DNA of 64,000 nucleotides from a virus, in the IMG/VR virus record IMGVR_UViG_3300031576_000010, positions 1 through 64,000 of that record. One strand, written 5' to 3'. Shown piece after piece: positions 9,505-16,248 of this stretch. The position numbers were made by a program, and so were the translations under genes. How positions within the stretch are numbered: position 1 is the stretch's first letter; every line of letters starts with the position of its first letter. The notes under the pieces were generated by a model, which saw only the letters and a list, made by a program, of their open reading frames with translations, was not told the DNA's origin and made no database searches.

Positions 9505-9772
9505 CCAGTTCATCTACGTCCACGAGGACGAATACGACCCGGTCGACTGCATCACGGCCGGCGAGTTACGCGCCAGCGGGGTCGCGATCCCCTCGGACGT
9601 GCCGGACTGCGGGTGGGTGCCGCGCGCGTCCATCAAGCAGTCGATCGCGGACGATTGCTCGGTCACACCGGACGGCCGGTTCAACGCGACCATCGAGATC
9701 CAGTTCACCGTGGCGTTCCGGTGGGTCGAGATGGACTGTACGGTCGATCCGCCCGTCCAGGAGGAGCCATGA
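9497..9772 (+). CDS. hypothetical protein
   Basis: Overlapping packed ORF. Confidence 0.5.
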   Translation: MADQFIYVHEDEYDPVDCITAGELRASGVAIPSDVPDCGWVPRASIKQSIADDCSVTPDGRFNATIEIQFTVAFRWVEMDCTVDPPVQEEP

Positions 9773-10167
9773 ACGACGCGACCAAGTGGGGCTGGATGTG
9801 GGACGGGGATGAGGATGCGCACGGCCCGTTCGACTCGCGCGAAGAGGCGCTCGCGGATGCCAACGCCAAGCTGGTGGACATAGGTGACGCGTTCTCCGCG
9901 ACCGTCATGCTGGGTCACTGCCGATACGCCGACCCGGTCGACTCGATCGACATGGAGGTCGATCACGTCCTCGATATGATGGACCAGCGGGCAGGCGAAA
10001 ACGACTTCGGATGGTACGACGACGAGATTTTCGAGGCGAAGGGAACGAAGGTCGACGCCCAGAAGGCGCTCACCGCCTGCCTGGAGGGATGGGCGCGCGA
10101 GTGGGTCGAAACGTCCGTCTGGACGCTCGATGAGGTCGATCGGGTCGAGCTGACCCGGGATTGCTAG
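9769..10167 (+). CDS. hypothetical acidic phage protein
   Basis: GGAGGAG RBS; MNDATKW...HGPFDSREEALADA. Confidence 0.6.
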   Translation: MNDATKWGWMWDGDEDAHGPFDSREEALADANAKLVDIGDAFSATVMLGHCRYADPVDSIDMEVDHVLDMMDQRAGENDFGWYDDEIFEAKGTKVDAQKALTACLEGWAREWVETSVWTLDEVDRVELTRDC

Positions 10168-10173
10168 GGAGGA

Positions 10174-10395
10174 GTGGGTCGGATCAAGGTCGAGGTGAAT
10201 GGCAAACTGGCCATGTTGCGCGAGGAGACGTCCATGGAGACGCGGGAGCGGGAGACTCGCGAGGCGTGGGCGGTTGAGGACCGGCAGACCCTCGTGTGCG
10301 CGGCCAAGAGCCGCCGGGTACCCGGCGCCGACCACATGAGCAGAGCTAAGCTGCTCGACGCTATTGTGGCGATTGAGCTGGGCAAGGATCGATGA
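10174..10395 (+). CDS. small protein with Rho-N/HeH-like motif
   Basis: AKSRRVPGADHMSRAKLLDAI. Confidence 0.45.
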   Translation: MGRIKVEVNGKLAMLREETSMETRERETREAWAVEDRQTLVCAAKSRRVPGADHMSRAKLLDAIVAIELGKDR

Positions 10396-11288
10396 TCACG
10401 CTGGCGGGCGCGGGGCGCGACCGACTCGCCATCTTCCTGGTCGACGAACCCGAGGATGCCGCGGCGGTGATCCGCTCGCTCCTGAACGTCCGGGAGAACC
10501 GGAACCAGACCGGCTTCTTCCTCCCGGTCCACGACTTCCCGATCCTCCGCGAACGGCTCGACCGCCTTGGCATCACCCAAACAACCGGCCGGCGCGAAAT
10601 GGACGACAACGCCGCACTCGCGGTCCGGTCGTACCTGGCCGCGCTCGAACGGAACGATCGCATCAAGGCGGGCGACCTGAACGACGAGATCGTCGCGGAC
10701 ATCGAAGCAGGTGCGCTCAAGAGTCCCCTGTGGACCGACCAGGTCGCGGACGTCCGGTTCATCCTGCGGCACGGGCGTGTCGGGGTGTTCAGCGAGATGG
10801 GGGTGGGCAAGAGCTTGACCGCGCTCGCCGGCTTCGTGGTCTTGCGGGCCCGCCGGCTCGCAAGGTACGCGCTGGTCATCGGGCCCAACGCGGTCAAGCA
10901 GAACTGGATCCGGCAGATCGCCCAGCACACCAGCATGACGGTCGAGGAGCTGGGGAACGGGCGGTCGACCGTCTTGCGCCGCATCAAGAAGCAGGCGGCC
11001 CGCCGGACCGACGTCTGCATCACGCACTACGAGGCGCTCCGGTCCGACGACATCCGCGACCAGCTCGTCAAGATGCCGTTCGACATGGTCATCTTAGATG
11101 AGATTCATCGTGCAAAAAACCTCGACACCGACACGACCAAGGCGGTGGCCGACACGCTCGCGCGGATCCGCCCGGCCGTCGAGCTAGTCGAAGCTGATAT
11201 CGAGCTGGTGACAGAGACTGGCATCGTATTGACGACCGCACTTCTTCCTGCTAGCATGGCCATTGGTGATGAGGTCGAGTTCCTCTAG
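10392..11288 (+). CDS. SNF2-family helicase, N-terminal fragment (motifs I-II)
   Basis: Walker A variant SEMGVGKS, ALVIGP, ITHYEAL and Walker B ILDEIH; stops before motif III. Confidence 0.85.
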   Translation: MITLAGAGRDRLAIFLVDEPEDAAAVIRSLLNVRENRNQTGFFLPVHDFPILRERLDRLGITQTTGRREMDDNAALAVRSYLAALERNDRIKAGDLNDEIVADIEAGALKSPLWTDQVADVRFILRHGRVGVFSEMGVGKSLTALAGFVVLRARRLARYALVIGPNAVKQNWIRQIAQHTSMTVEELGNGRSTVLRRIKKQAARRTDVCITHYEALRSDDIRDQLVKMPFDMVILDEIHRAKNLDTDTTKAVADTLARIRPAVELVEADIELVTETGIVLTTALLPASMAIGDEVEFL

Positions 11289-11919
11289 ACGAAAGTTTAC
11301 CGACAGGCAGGAGAAGGCGATCTGCCGTCGTTACTCGGCCGGCGGAGACGGCTGCGTCATACTTGCCAAGGCGTTCGGCTGCACGCACCAGACCATCTTG
11401 GATGTGTTGCGACGTCACGATGTCGCGGTCCGAGACCACACCGCACCAAAGCCAGGCCGCCGAAAGCTGAAAGGACAGGAGAGACGCGTGCTCGCCGCGT
11501 ATGCGGCTGGAGCCAGCATCAGAAAGCTAGCGGTCAAACACGGGGTCTCGGACGTGGCGGTCAAGGGGCTCCTCGTTCGCAACGCCGTCGAGATCCGCAA
11601 GGTGCGAGGGCCGACGGCTTGGAACTGGAACGGCGGCCGTCATGCGACGAGCGCCGGTTACATCTACGTGCGGTTATACCCTGGCCACCGCTTCTTCCAC
11701 CTGACGAGACGCGGCTTGATCCTTGAACACCGGTTGATCATGGCGCAACTGCTTGGGCGACCACTCACGGCACGCGAGATGGTTCACCATATCAACGGGA
11801 TCAAGGACGACAACCGCCAGGAGAACCTTCAGCTCCACCACAGGAACCACGGATCCGGAGTGGTGCTCAGATGTCAGGCGTGTGGGTCTGTAGATATCAA
11901 ACCGGACAAGATCGCTTGA
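11269..11919 (+). CDS. HNH homing endonuclease with tandem HTHs
   Basis: WNWNGG, ILEHRLIMAQLLGRPL, VHHINGIKDDNRQENL; overlaps the 3' end of the SNF2 N-fragment. Confidence 0.85.
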   Translation: MRSSSSRRKFTDRQEKAICRRYSAGGDGCVILAKAFGCTHQTILDVLRRHDVAVRDHTAPKPGRRKLKGQERRVLAAYAAGASIRKLAVKHGVSDVAVKGLLVRNAVEIRKVRGPTAWNWNGGRHATSAGYIYVRLYPGHRFFHLTRRGLILEHRLIMAQLLGRPLTAREMVHHINGIKDDNRQENLQLHHRNHGSGVVLRCQACGSVDIKPDKIA

Positions 11920-11946
11920 CACACGCAACCCGTCAGCGCCATAACT
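11916..11946 (+). promoter_or_regulatory. putative promoter of the dinG-cas12 unit
   Basis: TTGACACACGCAA followed by a CATAAC-like -10 element upstream of the DinG ATG. Confidence 0.5.
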
Positions 11947-11958
11947 GCCCGAGGATCC

Positions 11959-14049
11959 ATGAGCGACTACATCGACGACGTCTTCGGGGCGAACGGCATC
12001 TTGGCCAAGAGTGACCTGCGCGCCGCCGTCCGGCCCGGCCAGATCGAGATGGCGCGAGCGGTCGACCATTCGCTCCGCGCCCGCGCCAACATGATGTGCG
12101 AGGCGGGAACCGGGACGGGCAAAACGTTCGCCTACCTGGTGCCCGCGATCGCCAACCAGTTGGTCACGATCGTCGTGACGCGCAACAACCTGCTGGCCGA
12201 CCAGCTCTACCTCAAGGACCTGCCGACCCTCCACCGGCTCCTTCCGTGGAAGTTCACGTTCGCGCAGATCAAGGGGAAGGGGCGGTACCTGTGCGTCGCC
12301 AAGTTCCCGGGGCTTCCGGGCTCATCGCCCCCGCCCCTACAACGGTACGATGACGCCGACGTCGACGCCGAGATCCAGCGGTGGGCCCCAACCACCCGGA
12401 CGGGCGACTTCTCGGAGCTGTCGTTCACCATCCCGGACCGCCTGCTCCACCGCTACACCGCCAACCAGGACGAGTGTGAACGGCGCAAGTGCCCCGCGTT
12501 CCAGTCGTGCCACTACTACGCGGCCAAGCGGAACGCGGCAGTCGCCCAGGTGGTCGTGACCAACTACCACGTGTTCTTCTCGCACCTGCGGTACGGCCGC
12601 GTCCTGCCCGACTACGACGTCGTCATCATGGACGAGGGGCACGACGCCCCCGACATCGCGCGCGACTTCTTCGGGTTCCGCGTGACCGCTGGGGCGGTCA
12701 GGAGGATCGCGGGTCTGGTCGGCAGAGCCTCGAAGGCCAGCGGGGACGCGGCCGCCGCGCTCAAGAACGAGTTGATCGACTCGGCCAACACCCTGTTCGC
12801 CGACCTGGCTGCCTACCAGGCGATCGAGCGGGGCATCCGGATCAGGAAACCGATCGCCGTCGAGTACACCGGAACCGTCCGGCTGCTCCGCGATGCCGCC
12901 AGCCAGTTGAAAGACGAGGCCGATGAGCTGGCTGTAGAGGACCCGCCTGGCCGCCAGGAGTTGCTCCGGCATTCCCGCCGCGCCTCCGAACTGGCCCGCC
13001 AGATCACCGAGGCGGTCAACCTCTCGAAGCACGAGTCGTTCATCTACCAGATCGACGGCGATCGCGCCGACCTGGTCAGCCGGGCGATCAACCCGGCCGA
13101 GTTTCTCGCGCGCCATCTCAACGTCGGGCCCGCGCCCGACACCGAGGAGTCGAGCGCGGCCGAGAATGACGATGGCGTCTACGACGACCAACCGGCCGAC
13201 GAGACACCCGAGCCCCACGCGCACGTCATGACGTCCGCGACCATCACGACCCCGACGCTCGGCGGGGCGCCGTCGTTCGAGTTCGTGCGCACCACCATGG
13301 GGATCAAGGAGACGGGCGTCTGCTTGGCCGAGTCGCCATTCCAGCTCGACCGACAGTGCCTCCTGATCATCCCGTGGGAAGCGCCCAGGCCGCCGGAGGG
13401 TCGTCTGTCCCCCGCCACCAGAGCCGAACGGATGAAGGGGTGGCACGCGGGTGTCGCCAGCATGGTGGTCAAGGTGGCGGAGCGGGCGCGCGGCCGTACC
13501 CTCGCGCTCTTCACGTCGAACGCGTCGCTCAACGCATCGTACGACGCGCTCGTGCGCGCGGGCCTGCCGTACCAGATCCTCCGGCAGGGTGGCGGCACCC
13601 CCAACGCCAAGCTGGTCGAGGCGTTCAAGCGGGACGTCAACTCGGTCCTGCTGGGCGTCGACTCGTTCTGGCAGGGGATCGATGTGCCTGGCGAATCGCT
13701 CTCGTGCGTCGTGATCGACAAGCTGCCATACAAGCACAGCGGCATCGACCCCATCCTCGACGCGATCGAAGAGCGGGACGGACGCGACCGTGCGTTCACC
13801 GAGTACAACCTGCCCCGCACCATCATCCAGTTCCGACAGGCGTTCGGCCGGCTGATTCGGTCAGAGGCCGACAAGGGCGTGGTCGTCATGCTCGACCCGC
13901 GCGTCATCGAGCGAAACCGCGCCCAGTTTCTCGGCGCGTTGCCTGGTGTGCGACTCAGCCAGGACCTCGGCGACATCCCATGCTTCCTCGACGGCGCTGC
14001 ACCGATCCCATTCGTGTTGCCGCCTCCGCCGCGGGTTGGAATCCGATGA
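11959..14049 (+). CDS. dinG: DinG/YoaA-family Fe-S 5'-3' DNA helicase
   Basis: Q motif RPGQ, Walker A EAGTGTGKT, Fe-S cysteines (YLC...CERRKCPAFQSC), DEGH, FWQGIDVPG and QAFGRLIRS, all intact. Confidence 0.92.
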   Translation: MSDYIDDVFGANGILAKSDLRAAVRPGQIEMARAVDHSLRARANMMCEAGTGTGKTFAYLVPAIANQLVTIVVTRNNLLADQLYLKDLPTLHRLLPWKFTFAQIKGKGRYLCVAKFPGLPGSSPPPLQRYDDADVDAEIQRWAPTTRTGDFSELSFTIPDRLLHRYTANQDECERRKCPAFQSCHYYAAKRNAAVAQVVVTNYHVFFSHLRYGRVLPDYDVVIMDEGHDAPDIARDFFGFRVTAGAVRRIAGLVGRASKASGDAAAALKNELIDSANTLFADLAAYQAIERGIRIRKPIAVEYTGTVRLLRDAASQLKDEADELAVEDPPGRQELLRHSRRASELARQITEAVNLSKHESFIYQIDGDRADLVSRAINPAEFLARHLNVGPAPDTEESSAAENDDGVYDDQPADETPEPHAHVMTSATITTPTLGGAPSFEFVRTTMGIKETGVCLAESPFQLDRQCLLIIPWEAPRPPEGRLSPATRAERMKGWHAGVASMVVKVAERARGRTLALFTSNASLNASYDALVRAGLPYQILRQGGGTPNAKLVEAFKRDVNSVLLGVDSFWQGIDVPGESLSCVVIDKLPYKHSGIDPILDAIEERDGRDRAFTEYNLPRTIIQFRQAFGRLIRSEADKGVVVMLDPRVIERNRAQFLGALPGVRLSQDLGDIPCFLDGAAPIPFVLPPPPRVGIR

Positions 14050-15959
14050 AAAGAAAACTATTGACTACCGAAACAATGGACGATGACGTCACGCGAGAGA
14101 ATCAAGAGGAAGAGAAAACGGGACCAAAGCGCCATGTCCCGCGAGAGCGAGCAACCGCTGCCCTCCGACTCGATGTTCGACGCGTCACGTCCACCGGCCT
14201 CGTCGGCAAAGAGGCATGGGCATTGCTCACCTCCGAGTATGAAAAGGTCGCGCGGGGCGTCCAAGACGGACTGACACGTGTGTGGTTGCGGATCCACCAG
14301 CTACGTCAACAACACGGTCGAATCAGGTGGCCGTTTACCGCTGAGATGACGGCGTGGCCTGAAGGTACCCCATTACCAGTCGAGTGGTTTCGGGACACCG
14401 ACTTCGACCGGGATCCGACCGTAGGTCCGAGGTATATGCCGCCTATCATTACCGGCAAGACAAGCAAGCCATTGAAGAATCAACCCAAGAAGCCCGACTT
14501 CCTTGCGGCCTACCGGGCCGGCGAATGGTTGGGCGTACAGGACACCATCTACTACGCGCTCCGTGCCCAAGGGGTCGGTAGCGCGATCGCTGCCAGCACA
14601 TCCAACAAGATCGCCGGCTCGGAGCTGTCCTGGTCGAAGTTGATCCGGCTGATCAATGGTGGACTCAAGTATCCGGTGCTCGACCGAACATTCATGATCA
14701 TTCCAGGGAGTGACTGGAGCCTCTCGTTCTCTCCGGTCGAGCGCCCCGTCACCAAGAAGGATGAGCACGGCAACGTCATGGTCGACAAACGCGGCAAGGA
14801 GCTTTACGTACGCGATGCGGCCAAGAAGGTCATGTACGCGCCCGTCTTCGATGAGAACGGCGACCCGGTCCTCGCGCCCGTCATCAATTTCCGCGTCGGT
14901 ATCGACAACCTGCCTTTACGACTCACGTGCGAGCGGTTCCACGGGAAGGGCGCGCGTTCACGCAACGTCATCCTCAACCACTTGGCAGCGATGGGGGCAA
15001 GTGTCGGAGATGTCAACACCGACCAAAAGAAGACGCGAAGGAAGAAACCGCTCGATGCCGACGAAGTGGCCGCTATCATAAAGACTGGCTGGCACCGCGG
15101 AGCCATCACGATCCGTCGTGTCTGTGAGAGGGCCGGGGCCAAGACGTCGTGGCAAGCGATCATCGCATACCACTCGCCAAGACCGGACAAGAACACGGAG
15201 ACAGACGCGGTCGTCGCGGTACACCGAGGCATCGCCAACTTTCTGACGGTTGCGGTGCTGTATCCTAATCGAGACAAGCCGTGGTTTCCGCATGCTTTCT
15301 CCGGCGACGGGATCGTCCGATCGAAAGTGATGTTCGGGGCTGAGCGTGATCGAGCACGACGCCGCGGCGGCGGCGTTGGGCGGCGGGCGCGCAACCGCCT
15401 GATGGCAAAAGTGGGTGACAAGGAAAGACGGCTCAGCAGTCTTCACTGCTGGCGGGCTGCCGCCTGGCTACAACGTATCATCGAGGAGGTAAATCCCAAA
15501 CTAGTCATCCTAGACGATTTCTCCACGCCGATCGTATCGGACTCTGGAGAATCATTGCCAGGGATGATTACCAGGTTTCCGTTCGCCCAACTCAAGCTGA
15601 AGGTGATCGACGCCATCACTAGAAGGGCGGGCGTTGAAGTCATCGAGGTACCGTCGAAGTACGTGTCGGTCCAGTGCCCAGTGTGCAACAACACCGATCA
15701 GGGGAACATTCACAAGCGTGCGGGCGTACGGTGCATCCCGCATTTGGAACGAGATGATCGCAACGCTGGCACGTTCGTGGAATCGGGTGAGTTCCACTGC
15801 ACCATGTGTCACACGGTCGGCGACTTGGATCGGATCGCCGCGCTAAATCTGCTGATTCGAGTAGGTGATCCGGACGGGAAGCTCCGCAAAGGGCTGTGGC
15901 GATACTATGAGCAGATCAACAGGGTCAAGGAGGCGGAAAAGAAGAAGAAGGTCGGATAG
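14046..15959 (+). CDS. cas12: type V CRISPR effector, Cas12f-like, 637 aa, non-canonical RuvC (H-D-D)
   Basis: RuvC-I VVAVHRG, Arg-rich helix RGGGVGRRAR, RuvC-II LVILDDF, FPFAQL, Zn finger CPVC...CTMC, RuvC-III DLDRIAALNL; adjacent to the CRISPR array; ATG overlaps the DinG TGA. Confidence 0.9.
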   Translation: MKRKLLTTETMDDDVTRENQEEEKTGPKRHVPRERATAALRLDVRRVTSTGLVGKEAWALLTSEYEKVARGVQDGLTRVWLRIHQLRQQHGRIRWPFTAEMTAWPEGTPLPVEWFRDTDFDRDPTVGPRYMPPIITGKTSKPLKNQPKKPDFLAAYRAGEWLGVQDTIYYALRAQGVGSAIAASTSNKIAGSELSWSKLIRLINGGLKYPVLDRTFMIIPGSDWSLSFSPVERPVTKKDEHGNVMVDKRGKELYVRDAAKKVMYAPVFDENGDPVLAPVINFRVGIDNLPLRLTCERFHGKGARSRNVILNHLAAMGASVGDVNTDQKKTRRKKPLDADEVAAIIKTGWHRGAITIRRVCERAGAKTSWQAIIAYHSPRPDKNTETDAVVAVHRGIANFLTVAVLYPNRDKPWFPHAFSGDGIVRSKVMFGAERDRARRRGGGVGRRARNRLMAKVGDKERRLSSLHCWRAAAWLQRIIEEVNPKLVILDDFSTPIVSDSGESLPGMITRFPFAQLKLKVIDAITRRAGVEVIEVPSKYVSVQCPVCNNTDQGNIHKRAGVRCIPHLERDDRNAGTFVESGEFHCTMCHTVGDLDRIAALNLLIRVGDPDGKLRKGLWRYYEQINRVKEAEKKKKVG

Positions 15960-15964
15960 GGATT

Positions 15965-16107
15965 CTCGGCGGCGAGAAGGAGCTGTGAAGCGATGGTCCC
16001 CAACAGACGGCCGACTGCACCGGCCGACTGGGTACCGCACTGTCGGTATCGCAAAACCACCGCGAGCATACGGGCCAGCAGCTTCACATCTCCTTCTTGC
16101 CGCAGAG
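15965..16107 (+). ncRNA. candidate tracrRNA
   Basis: A 27-bp imperfect terminal stem (15965-15991 with 16081-16107) encloses two hairpins; CTGCAC (16015-16020) and CCACCGC (16057-16063) are complementary to the repeat 3' end. Confidence 0.65.
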
Positions 16108-16152
16108 TACGGCGTGCGAGCGGTCCAGTGGTGCGTAACCAACAGAACCGAC

Positions 16153-16164
16153 GTTCTTTGACAA
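16153..16164 (+). promoter_or_regulatory. boxA-like antitermination site (or -35 element) in the CRISPR leader
   Basis: GTTCTTTGACAA, 84 nt upstream of repeat 1. Confidence 0.45.
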
Positions 16165-16204
16165 TTCAAAGGTAGCTGACGACGTTTTGCTAGGTGCTCG
16201 CAAT

Positions 16205-16248
16205 CCCGTCGCCAGGTACGCGGATTTGTACCGCTACCTGGCGACGGG
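16205..16248. repeat. leader-terminal inverted repeat
   Basis: Perfect 14-bp arms CCCGTCGCCAGGTA / TACCTGGCGACGGG ending on the first base of repeat 1. Confidence 0.85.

Noticed and set aside
13356-14045. 867-aa version of the Cas12 ORF
   Set aside because: The first 230 codons are an out-of-frame shadow of dinG; the real start is most likely the ATG at 14046 (or 14076).
11959-14049. Type IV-A CRISPR system
   Set aside because: No Csf1/Csf2/Csf3/Cas6-like genes are visible; the only effector is type V.
14046-15959. IS200/IS605 or IS607 TnpB transposon
   Set aside because: No tnpA or serine recombinase, and the gene abuts a true repeat-spacer array with anti-repeat-containing RNA.
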